64,000 nt of DNA from Candidatus Melainabacteria bacterium 17Bon1m (GTDB lineage: Bacteria; Cyanobacteriota; Vampirovibrionia; Obscuribacterales; Obscuribacteraceae), in assembly GCA_032128875.1 (NCBI GenBank), contig JAVLKG010000002.1:160001-224000 (forward strand), read 5' to 3'. The position numbers were made by a program, and so were the translations under genes. This document shows positions 9,297 through 17,952 of the stretch, piece by piece (position 1 is the stretch's first letter; the number at the start of each line of letters is the position of its first letter). The notes beneath the pieces were generated by a model. That model did not search any database. It was not told the DNA's origin and saw only the letters and a program-made list of their open reading frames with translations.

Positions 9297-10568
9297 GTGA
9301 GTACCGAAGACAAACTGGCAGCGCCAGTCCAACCAAAGAAAACCCGTTTTCCCGGCGGCCGATTCGGCTTGTCGGTGTTTGGTTTTGCGGCGGTAAACGC
9401 GGCGATAGTAGCCTCGGTCGTGGCTTCCAGCGGCACGATGCCGGGCGGGTCCATCTCTGAAGATGTGCTCTCCAACAACCTCAAGCAAAGCCCTTCGTTC
9501 GGAACCTGGAGCTGGTGGGCCGCTCACGCATATTTTGGCGAGAAGAAAGCTCCGGATGTAGTGATGATGGGCAGCTCGCTGGTTAATTCAGCCTGCTGGT
9601 CTGCCGACGCCACTACTACATACAAGGATATTGATTGCGCGCTTCACCATCGCGTCCACACGATGGAGAAATTGCTCAAAGAGCGTCTGCCCGGAGAGGA
9701 GCCGACCGTGCTCAATGTCTCGGTGCAAGGTGCAGGCGCGTGTGACTATTACATGATGACGCGCGGATTGATGGAAGGCGCGCGCAAGCCAAAAGTGCTT
9801 GTGGTCGGCATAGCGCCGCGCGATTTTATCGACAACAAGATTCATAACTTGGGTGACACCGAACCTTTCATGTTCCACCAGCGCTATGTTGAGTTCGATG
9901 AAACGGTCGCAAAGGCATATTCAGACCCGTTTGCACGCGCTATGGGCGAACTCGAATGGAAAATAGGCCGATTGCCGTTGCGTCGTCTGCATGCAGGCGT
10001 TGCAAGTTATTTCACGGACGGCACTGGTGCCGAAGGTACTCGCAGAAAAGAAGCAGGAGACGAGCTTCGTCATGCTCTTTCCGCGTCGTCGCAGAGAATT
10101 TTCCCGGGCGACCTTGTGGTGCCCAAAGTGTTGCAGGACGCATTTTTTGACAACACTGCCGAATACGCGAGCAGATATAAAAATCCGCATCCCAAGCAAT
10201 TTACGACGCAGCTCTTCTTTTTTGAGGAGATGTTGAAGCGCATGAAAGCTCAAAATATTCACGTGCTCGTTGTTGATATGCCGACATTGAAACGGAATCG
10301 CGATATGTTGCCGCCTGCGTTTTGGAGCAACTATAAGTTGCGAATCAAGGAGCTTTGCGCGCGCCAGAATGCTGACTATCTTTATCTCTCCGATAGTCCT
10401 GATTTTGTCCAACGTGACTTCGTTGATAACGTCCACGTCAGTTATCGCGGTGCCACGAAAGTACTTGAAAAGATAGCAGCCGAAATAGCCGGCAATCCTG
10501 CTCTTGCCTCTGCGATGGAAGGCAAAGAACAGATGATTAGCGCGAAAAAGTCATCGTCGATTGATTAA
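9297..10568 (+). CDS. Membrane-anchored SGNH-hydrolase-like protein (DltD/DUF1574-like)
   Basis: N-terminal TM, GSS nucleophile-like motif (VVMMGSSLV) and C-terminal DxxH (FVDNVH). Confidence 0.6.
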   Translation: MSTEDKLAAPVQPKKTRFPGGRFGLSVFGFAAVNAAIVASVVASSGTMPGGSISEDVLSNNLKQSPSFGTWSWWAAHAYFGEKKAPDVVMMGSSLVNSACWSADATTTYKDIDCALHHRVHTMEKLLKERLPGEEPTVLNVSVQGAGACDYYMMTRGLMEGARKPKVLVVGIAPRDFIDNKIHNLGDTEPFMFHQRYVEFDETVAKAYSDPFARAMGELEWKIGRLPLRRLHAGVASYFTDGTGAEGTRRKEAGDELRHALSASSQRIFPGDLVVPKVLQDAFFDNTAEYASRYKNPHPKQFTTQLFFFEEMLKRMKAQNIHVLVVDMPTLKRNRDMLPPAFWSNYKLRIKELCARQNADYLYLSDSPDFVQRDFVDNVHVSYRGATKVLEKIAAEIAGNPALASAMEGKEQMISAKKSSSID

Positions 10569-10750
10569 GTTCGGCGCAAGAATTTTGACGAAAAACTAAA
10601 TTTGTCCAGCTTCCAGGCTACGGAACTTTCGCGCATCGCGTAAGTCCTTTAGTCCACGATTGGCTACAGTCCAGGGATCAACTTAAGGCATGAAATTCGG
10701 AAATCTGAAAAACGAAAAGCTCTTCCACGACTGGGTTGCTCGAGGTTTGG

Positions 10751-11050
10751 ATGAAATTTAGACTTTTCATTTGTGGTGAAAATACATCATCAAATCTGGC
10801 GGTACAAAATGCGCGCCGGCTGATTCAAGGACTGAATGGAAACGGTCATGATCTTGAGATCATCGACGTTCTGGAAAATCCAGAAATAGCAGAAGAAGCT
10901 CGCATTCTGGCGACGCCCACTCTTTTAAAGGAAGACCCCGCACCCCTGCGAATGCTGGTTGGTGATCTTTCTGATTTGACACGGGTTCGCTCCATTCTCC
11001 AGTTGCCTGCAGAGGTCGAACACGAAAAAAATGACGGAGGTCATCAATGA
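10751..11050 (+). CDS. kaiB: KaiB-family circadian clock protein
   Basis: KFRLFICG...LEIIDVLENPEIAEEARILATPTLLKEDPAPLRMLVGDLSD matches the KaiB signature. RBS GAGG precedes ATG 10751; ATGA overlap with kaiC. Confidence 0.92.
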   Translation: MKFRLFICGENTSSNLAVQNARRLIQGLNGNGHDLEIIDVLENPEIAEEARILATPTLLKEDPAPLRMLVGDLSDLTRVRSILQLPAEVEHEKNDGGHQ

Positions 11051-12564
11051 CAATCGCGCTCGAAAGAATTATTACTGGCATCGAGGGGCTCGATGCAATA
11101 TTAGAGGGCGGTTTGACGCGTAACAGAGCTACTCTCGTTGCCGGCACCTCTGGAAGTGCAAAGACGGTTCTTGCTGTTCAGTTTTTGGCTGAGGGAATAA
11201 CGAAATTCGATGAGCCTGGAGTTTTCGTAACCCTTGAAGAATCTCCGGATGATCTTCGGAAAAATATGATCGGCTTTGGATGGGATATCGAGAAGTGGGA
11301 ACGTGAGGGAAAGTGGGCTTTTGTTGACGCTTCTCCGCGCGGGCGAGAGCAGCCTATCGTCGCTGGCGAATTCGACTTCGGCGCGTTGATTGCGAGAGTG
11401 AAAAACGCCGCAGGTAAAGTTAAGGCTAAAAGAGCATCTATAGATACGCTTGCCGCAGTTTTTCTAACCTACAAAGATGTCGATATCGTAAGAAGAGAAT
11501 TACTCCTTCTTACTGAAGCCCTGAAAGAATTGAAAATCACATCTTTAATTACTGTTGAGAGATTGCACGAATACGGCGAGATTAGCCGCTTTGGCGTGGA
11601 GGAGTTCGTCACGGATAACGTGATTGTGTTGAGAAATCCAATGGAACGCGAAAGAAGGCGTCGAACAATTGAAGTTCTAAAACTGCGCGGTGCCAATCAC
11701 AACAAAGGCGAATTTCCATTTTGTGTGACTACTGGTAGAGGCATTGCGGCAATCCCGCTTTCTGCCATTGAACTCAAACAGCACTCCTCAAATATTCGAG
11801 TAACTTCTGGCAATGACATTCTCGACAGAATGTGCAATGGAGGAGTGTTTAGAGACTCGGTAATTCTTGTATCCGGAGCGACGGGCACAGGAAAGACTTT
11901 GCTGTCGACGCAATTCTTGAATGGTGGCGCTGCGAAAAATGAGCGCTGCTTGCTCTTAGCATTTGAAGAAAGTCGTGAACAACTTTTCCGAAATGCGCAG
12001 GGATGGGGCGTCGACTTCGCAGGATTGGAGAAGGCTGGACTTCTAAAAGTAATTTGTATGTACCCTGAAGTTCGCGGACTTGAAGATCATTTGTTGGCAA
12101 TGCGAATGGCCATTGAAGAGTTTAAGCCTAAGAGAGTAGCCGTAGACAGCCTTTCTGCGCTGGAAAGAGCTGGGCATCCTCGTGGGTTTAGAGAACTAAT
12201 AATTGGTTTGACATCGTTTATCAAAACCAAGGAAATTACCGGCTTGTTTACTGCGACGACATCAACACTTGTTGGTGGCGCATCAATTACTGAGACACAT
12301 ATTTCGACAATCACCGACACAATCATTTTGCTTCGATATGTTGAATTATTTGGTGAAATCAAACGCGGTATCACTGTTTTGAAAATGCGTGGGTCAAAAC
12401 ACGAGAGAGAAATTCGCGAAATGCTCATCGATGAGCATGGCATGCACATTAAAGAACCGTTCAGGCGACTAGCGGGTGTTTTGAGTGGTAATCCTCAAGT
12501 ATTATCAGAACCCTTCAGCCCTGACGGAGATTCGCATGCGGAGGCATATTCAGAAGATGGATAA
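11047..12564 (+). CDS. kaiC: KaiC double-domain RecA-like ATPase/autokinase
   Basis: CI Walker A GTSGSAKT, TLEES, KLRG; CII GATGTGKT, AFEES, DSLSALE, phosphosite region ITETHISTITDTIILLRYVE, KMRGS. Confidence 0.95.
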   Translation: MTIALERIITGIEGLDAILEGGLTRNRATLVAGTSGSAKTVLAVQFLAEGITKFDEPGVFVTLEESPDDLRKNMIGFGWDIEKWEREGKWAFVDASPRGREQPIVAGEFDFGALIARVKNAAGKVKAKRASIDTLAAVFLTYKDVDIVRRELLLLTEALKELKITSLITVERLHEYGEISRFGVEEFVTDNVIVLRNPMERERRRRTIEVLKLRGANHNKGEFPFCVTTGRGIAAIPLSAIELKQHSSNIRVTSGNDILDRMCNGGVFRDSVILVSGATGTGKTLLSTQFLNGGAAKNERCLLLAFEESREQLFRNAQGWGVDFAGLEKAGLLKVICMYPEVRGLEDHLLAMRMAIEEFKPKRVAVDSLSALERAGHPRGFRELIIGLTSFIKTKEITGLFTATTSTLVGGASITETHISTITDTIILLRYVELFGEIKRGITVLKMRGSKHEREIREMLIDEHGMHIKEPFRRLAGVLSGNPQVLSEPFSPDGDSHAEAYSEDG

Positions 12565-13690
12565 GTCGCTGTCACGGTCGAATCGAAAATTGCTTTCGAC
12601 CGGGAAGAATCTTCTTCGTATTCTAAATTCCACTGCCGACGGGATCATGATCCTCGACGCTACTGGACATGTCCTTTTCGCAAACAAAGCTGCGAATGAA
12701 TTGTTTTGCAAGAGTGACGAAGATCTCACCGGCACAATGTTCGGCTCACCAATTGCAGACGGGCACAAGACTGAACTGCAATTGCTCAGCGAAAACGGTG
12801 TGCGTACAGTTGAGATGCATGTTAGTTCTTTGGAATACGAAAACGCTGCGGCGGTCGTTTGTCTGCGCGACATTACTAATCACATCGACATGCAAGAAAC
12901 TCTCAAAGAACGCAATGAAGTTTTGTCCAAACTCAATGAAGATCTTGTGAGAGCGCGAGATGAGGCATTAAAGCAAACGAAATTGAAGGGGCAATTCGTC
13001 GCCAATATCAGCCACGAAATTAGGACACCTCTTACTGGCATAGCAGGTTTAGCTGATATTTTATTGAACGATTGCGAGTTGGATGAAGAAGCGAGTGAAA
13101 ATGTGAGACTGATTCTTCAGTCATCGAATCAATTATTGTTGATAGTCAACGACATCCTCGACTTCTCCAAGTTGGAGGCTGGACACATAGCGCTCAGCGA
13201 AGGTGAATTCAGGCTTGACTGCTTACTCGACGAAGTAAAGGACGCTGTCCTGCCTGCCACGTATCAAAAAGACGTGACGGTAACAACTAAGGTTGATGGA
13301 GAACTTCCTGTAAGTGTAGTTGGAGATTGTCAAAAACTGCGCCAATCGCTCTTGAATCTCGCGCACAATGCGGTGAAGTTTACCCCCAATGGATTTGTCA
13401 AAATCGCAGCAGAACAACTGCACGCGCAAGATCATACCGTTGGTGTGAAATTCAGCGTTGAGGATTCCGGCATCGGTATTTCAAAGTCAGCGTGCGACAA
13501 AATATTCGAGCCGTTTGTTCAGGCCGACGGTTCTACCACTCGCGATTATGGTGGCACCGGATTAGGACTCTCCATCACAAAGCACTTCATTGAAATGATG
13601 AAAGGCGAATTGCGAGTTGATTCCAAACCTGGAGATGGCTCAACCTTCTGGTTCGAAATCGATCTCAAAGTCCCGCCGGACGCCGCATGA
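12557..13690 (+). CDS. PAS-domain sensor histidine kinase (PAS-HisKA-HATPase)
   Basis: PAS (DGIMILDATGHVLFANKAA...LRDIT), H-box FVANISHEIRTPL, N-box NLAHNAVKFT, G-boxes DSGIGI and GGTGLGLSI. ATG 12557 overlaps the kaiC 3' end by 8 nt. Confidence 0.92.
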   Translation: MDKSLSRSNRKLLSTGKNLLRILNSTADGIMILDATGHVLFANKAANELFCKSDEDLTGTMFGSPIADGHKTELQLLSENGVRTVEMHVSSLEYENAAAVVCLRDITNHIDMQETLKERNEVLSKLNEDLVRARDEALKQTKLKGQFVANISHEIRTPLTGIAGLADILLNDCELDEEASENVRLILQSSNQLLLIVNDILDFSKLEAGHIALSEGEFRLDCLLDEVKDAVLPATYQKDVTVTTKVDGELPVSVVGDCQKLRQSLLNLAHNAVKFTPNGFVKIAAEQLHAQDHTVGVKFSVEDSGIGISKSACDKIFEPFVQADGSTTRDYGGTGLGLSITKHFIEMMKGELRVDSKPGDGSTFWFEIDLKVPPDAA

Positions 13691-13796
13691 GCGTGGGGGC
13701 GTGTTGCACACGCCCGCTTATTTATAGGGGTGACGGAGCGTGGGGGCGTGTTGCACACGCCCGCTTTAACGACCGGAGCGCTGGCTTCCAGCCGGC
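13689..13796. repeat. Two direct REP copies plus a CGGAGC-type palindrome
   Basis: GAGCGTGGGGGCGTGTTGCACACGCCCGCTT at 13689 and 13736; CGGAGCGCTGGCTTCCAGCCGGC at 13774-13796; lies between convergent genes. Confidence 0.85.
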
Positions 13797-13808
13797 TTTT
13801 GAGATTCC

Positions 13809-15713
13809 TTACCGCCTGTTGTACTTTACGGTATATCCGCGGTTGCTTCCCTGTGGCGTAACCTTGAACTCCGTTTCCGAAACTCGTTGAACTGTATAGC
13901 TATGGAACTGCGGCGCAGAACCTCTGTACATCTGAATCTGCGAAGCTAGGTTCGAACCGTCCATGTCGTGGTTGCTGAAGTAGACGGCGTCTTTTCTACC
14001 TTGTGCGTTGCGCTCAAAGTTCGCCAGTTGCGGTGGGCATTTCGGACACCACGTGGCTCCCCATGCGGCCTTTAACACCAGACCTTCATCCGCAGCTTTA
14101 GCGAGAGCATTGAACTCATCTTGAGTGGTGTTGCCGTCATGACCAGCGCGCACCAAGTTCGGAATTTCAGGATGCTTAACTTGTTCTGGCTTCGCAGGCG
14201 GTTTTACTTCCGGTTTTACCTGAGGTTTTACTTCAGGTTTAACTTGCGGTCTTACTTCTGGTTTTACTTGCGGGCTTACTTCTGGGCGCACCGGTGGCTG
14301 AACCGGCGGTTTTACCTCCGGCCTGACTTGCGGCTGTACCTGTGGTTTTACCTCAGGCTTAATCGCGGGTCTGACATCAGGTTTGATAGGCGGGCGTCCA
14401 TTATTTGGATTCTGCCGATCCGTGGCTTGGGACGGAGAAACTCTATCCGCTGGGGTTTGCTTGGGTTTACCATCCGGACCGACATCTTGTTGTTGACCAG
14501 GTCCAACTGGACCGATCTTGTTCAATTCATGTTGCGCCACTCGCTTCGCAAACGTATTCTCGGTTTGCGGCGTGTATCCTGCGTCGCGCAATCTATTGCG
14601 GAAGGCAGGGTCCATGTACATGTTTGGATTTCTATCTCCAGCGGACATCAGCCATTGTTCGCCGATATCTTTATAGTTTTGATTCCACTTCATGCACGCA
14701 AAGCCAAATTCCATGCGCGTTTTCCACGCGGCATCTTGCAGCTTCTGCATCTGGTCGATTTGCGTTTGCAGTTCTTTTATTTTGGTCTGATCGCCGGTTC
14801 CTTCAGCGACCTTCTTCGCATCTTGGACTTTGGCGATGTCGGCCTTCAGCGCATTCTGATCAACTTTGTCTGCCGCACGAATTGCTTGTATATAGGCTTT
14901 CTCGCCTTCGCGCCAGTCCTTTGCGTTTTTACCCGCCTCAAGACCACTATCAATGTCCTTGAGCAATTCTGCGTTGTTTTTCTCTGCAGGCTTTGCCTTC
15001 TCCTGCGCATCAGCTTTCGGCGCGGTGCCGTCGCCCGCATCAGAAGGTTTGACGTTGAACTGGCGCCCTTTCATTGCGTCTTGTCCATACTTCACATGCT
15101 GTGAGAGCATGCCTTGTATTTGTTCTCTTCCGCCCCAAGTTGACATCATGGCTGGCTCAGGAACAGGATTTCCAGCAGCATCAGGCTTCTGAGTAAAGAC
15201 AATTGTGTGCGCTAAATTATGCCCGCGCACGTTTGCGTCGACGAATTTCGCCAGACCCGAATTCGGATTTTGCGCAACACGGTCCATATCTATATAGACG
15301 TAAGTCGCATCGGCTGCACCATTTTTCGCTGCTGCCGCAACGGTGTTGAGCAACTTCTGCGTGTCGGGCGTATCTTTGGAGCCAAAGACTGCGACTACCG
15401 GCTGACCTTTTGCGGCGGCATCTTTCAGCGCCTGGTCGTAATTCTGATCAGTATATTTGCACGCACCCTTTACTGCGGTGTCGTACTGTTCGGGCGTGCC
15501 GAACGCATTGGCTTCCGGAATAATTACGCCAGTATCGCCACCGGCGACGTCACCACAACCACCGCGTGTACCGCGCCTGCAGGAGTTGTTGTATGCCATT
15601 TGGTCGGCATTTGACGGGTAAAAATTGCTGTTATCGCAAGTTTGACCGCCGTTGGACGGATAGCATTCTTGCGGTTGGTAAGTCTGACAAGGCGAACAAC
15701 GACCTCTGCCCAT
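13809..15713 (-). CDS. Multidomain protein: Cys-rich N-terminus, thioredoxin-like domains, PxV(K/R)P repeat linker
   Basis: ATG 15713 follows AAGAGGA. C-terminal WGATWCPKC thioredoxin motif; (V)KPEV/(V)KPQV repeats; N-terminal segment AAAKGQPVVAVFGSKDTPDTQKL resembles a Trx fold without Cys. Confidence 0.7.
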   Translation of the reverse strand: MGRGRCSPCQTYQPQECYPSNGGQTCDNSNFYPSNADQMAYNNSCRRGTRGGCGDVAGGDTGVIIPEANAFGTPEQYDTAVKGACKYTDQNYDQALKDAAAKGQPVVAVFGSKDTPDTQKLLNTVAAAAKNGAADATYVYIDMDRVAQNPNSGLAKFVDANVRGHNLAHTIVFTQKPDAAGNPVPEPAMMSTWGGREQIQGMLSQHVKYGQDAMKGRQFNVKPSDAGDGTAPKADAQEKAKPAEKNNAELLKDIDSGLEAGKNAKDWREGEKAYIQAIRAADKVDQNALKADIAKVQDAKKVAEGTGDQTKIKELQTQIDQMQKLQDAAWKTRMEFGFACMKWNQNYKDIGEQWLMSAGDRNPNMYMDPAFRNRLRDAGYTPQTENTFAKRVAQHELNKIGPVGPGQQQDVGPDGKPKQTPADRVSPSQATDRQNPNNGRPPIKPDVRPAIKPEVKPQVQPQVRPEVKPPVQPPVRPEVSPQVKPEVRPQVKPEVKPQVKPEVKPPAKPEQVKHPEIPNLVRAGHDGNTTQDEFNALAKAADEGLVLKAAWGATWCPKCPPQLANFERNAQGRKDAVYFSNHDMDGSNLASQIQMYRGSAPQFHSYTVQRVSETEFKVTPQGSNRGYTVKYNRR

Positions 15714-15822
15714 TTTGGTGGTCCTCTTGAAGCGAGAATGGGGGTGTGAATTAACCTTAATGAAGAGAGTTTGCAATTTTGTTGCAGCGTCCGTCCGACA
15801 AGGGAAACCGGCAATAGGTAGC

Positions 15823-17187
15823 TTATCGAGGCGGGTAGAAAACGAGCCATGAGCCGACGGTGACGGCTAGGTGCAGAGCGAGCAGGCTGAGGGTCGCCCA
15901 CTTGCCGAACTTGTCACCCAGGCGGTAGAAGCCGGCAATGAGCATCGCGTCTATCGGGACAATCGACGGGAAAAGATATCGTCCGTGTGGACCCGTGACT
16001 TTGAGAAGTGTGGCGGTTATCATCGCCGCAAGATTCAAAAGGGGACAAAGAAGAAAGAGAAGCCAGATCATTTTCTCTACATCAATCTTCGATGTCTTCT
16101 TAGTTTCATCAAAACCATCCGCGTTGTCGGCTGCTGCATCTGCTGACGTTCTTGCGGCGGGAGTCGCCTTACCTTTTACGAGACCGGTCCAACCGACGAT
16201 GGCTGCGATTACATAAATCAGATAGGCAATATACGTCGGGCGGTAAATGTACCGTGTCATGTACCCAAAGAGACCGAAGAAGTCGAAAAACACATAGCGC
16301 CACCAGCCGAATTGATGCACCTCAGGCCAGGGGTGCACAATGACGCCGTTTTTTCTCGGAAGAATTTTCGACCAGCTCTCGTACATCGTGCGCGAGCCGA
16401 GAATGTCGCCTGAAAATTCGAAGTAATTGCGGACGAACCACCAGCCGCACGTGCCGGTAAAAACCGCAGCTGCCGCCGCAATTTTTTTGATTGCTGATGC
16501 CGCGGATTCGCCGCGCCCGAATGTTGCTGCTATAACTCCCAGACCGAGCGCTGGCACGATGCTGAGTCCAGTGTGTTTGGAAAGCGCCAACCATCCAAGC
16601 AGAAAGCCTAACGCAATGGAGGCTTTCATAGTCAGTCCGCGTTTGATTGCGCAAACTACTAGATAGATGGAGATGCTCGCCAAAGATACAGTGGTGGCAT
16701 CTGTGTTCGTATAACTTTGGGTGAAAACAAGCTGAGGGTGCAGCACTATAAGCAGTGGCAACGCTAAAGACCGGAGCAAGCAACCAGCAAAAATTTCTTT
16801 ACCGATGAGAAACGCGGCGATGAGCGTTGGTATCCCAGCAAGCACGCTGCCTATGCGAGAAAACGTAGGCATAGTGGTCTCGCTTGCGAAGAGCGAGCAC
16901 AGAACGTTCGGCAAATAGCCGAATTGTGGAAGCGAACCGTACTCAGCGGCACCACCAGCGGAAAAAACTTCATGAGCAGATGGTAAACGCAGATGAGTCG
17001 TCAGAAAGTGGGAAACCCAAAAATGGTTGCCTTCATCTGGTGCTTCGGAAATGGGTAGCGTAAATACCCACGGCAGCCGCAGCAACAAGTACAGCATGAT
17101 GAAAATTGCTAGCTGAACTTTCGAGTTATGCCAGAGGCTCGAAGGAGCCGCCGCATTCTCTAGGGTTTCAGCTGTTCTTTCCGTCAT
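15823..17187 (-). CDS. GT-C fold polytopic glycosyltransferase (GT39/ArnT/DUF2142-like)
   Basis: Multiple TMs, EAPDEGNHFWV acidic loop after TM1, WWFVRNY, C-terminal GRYLFP. Confidence 0.8.
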   Translation of the reverse strand: MTERTAETLENAAAPSSLWHNSKVQLAIFIMLYLLLRLPWVFTLPISEAPDEGNHFWVSHFLTTHLRLPSAHEVFSAGGAAEYGSLPQFGYLPNVLCSLFASETTMPTFSRIGSVLAGIPTLIAAFLIGKEIFAGCLLRSLALPLLIVLHPQLVFTQSYTNTDATTVSLASISIYLVVCAIKRGLTMKASIALGFLLGWLALSKHTGLSIVPALGLGVIAATFGRGESAASAIKKIAAAAAVFTGTCGWWFVRNYFEFSGDILGSRTMYESWSKILPRKNGVIVHPWPEVHQFGWWRYVFFDFFGLFGYMTRYIYRPTYIAYLIYVIAAIVGWTGLVKGKATPAARTSADAAADNADGFDETKKTSKIDVEKMIWLLFLLCPLLNLAAMITATLLKVTGPHGRYLFPSIVPIDAMLIAGFYRLGDKFGKWATLSLLALHLAVTVGSWLVFYPPR

Positions 17188-17188
17188 C

Positions 17189-17938
17189 TTACTTCTTGGT
17201 CAATGCTTTCGCTGCGCGCTTCCGGCACTCTTCGATAGTGCGGGTAGAAGTGCGGATATCGTGAGCAGCCTTGCCAATTTTTTCGTTGTCGTAATTTGGT
17301 CCTTGCGCAAGCTGTTTCAGCTGATCGCTTGCAGTTTGGATCTTGCTGTTAGCTTCGGTCATCAAACTGAGTTCCACTTTAAATGAGTCTTTGGCCGAGT
17401 TGGACAGCGAAACTGGAGGACACAATGCAGATACTTCGTGCTGCAAAATACCAACAACTTGCGCAACCTGATTCACATCGAAGTCTAGCCACTTCTTGCG
17501 CGGCGGAAGTAATGGACCAGTGCGCAACGAAGCATTCAAAGCCGGGTCCCACGGGTCATATCCAAACGGGTTAACCACTTGTTCTGTCACAATGTCCTGC
17601 ATATTTATGGGAGCGGCACTGTGCCGATTTACTTCTTTTACTGTCTCAGTGGCAGCATGGTCCAATTTCTTTAGACTCTCGCCAAGGTCACGCAACATTT
17701 CCAATTCAGTACGTTCGTCTACCACCATATCCGGTGGCGTCTTGTCCACGGCAAACGGTGCTTTATCCTTCAGTGATGGATCCATCGCGGGATCGGCCGC
17801 CGCCGCGTCTGCTGAGAAAGCTGAAGGTGCAAAACCTGCAACAGTGAGCATTGTAAGCACACTAGCCGCAACGCTAAATGACCCGCGCAATCGCGCTGTT
17901 CTTTTTTCGGGCACGATGTTTTCCTTGTGAGAGTTCAT
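17189..17938 (-). CDS. Hypothetical exported helical protein
   Basis: 249 aa ORF with a signal-like segment (FSVAASVLTMLTVAGFAPSAFSA); tightly packed in the operon. Confidence 0.75.
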   Translation of the reverse strand: MNSHKENIVPEKRTARLRGSFSVAASVLTMLTVAGFAPSAFSADAAAADPAMDPSLKDKAPFAVDKTPPDMVVDERTELEMLRDLGESLKKLDHAATETVKEVNRHSAAPINMQDIVTEQVVNPFGYDPWDPALNASLRTGPLLPPRKKWLDFDVNQVAQVVGILQHEVSALCPPVSLSNSAKDSFKVELSLMTEANSKIQTASDQLKQLAQGPNYDNEKIGKAAHDIRTSTRTIEECRKRAAKALTKK

Positions 17939-17952
17939 TGCGTCAGATCTCC

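Noticed and set aside
12485-12556. Longer start for the kinase, or a SasA assignment
   Set aside because: ATG 12557 fits translational coupling. The N-terminus is a PAS domain, not the KaiB-like domain that defines SasA.
14121-15104. 327-aa plus-strand ORF and other long antisense ORFs (e.g. 32312-33139, 50869-51666)
   Set aside because: They are shadows of well-supported genes on the opposite strand and show no motifs.
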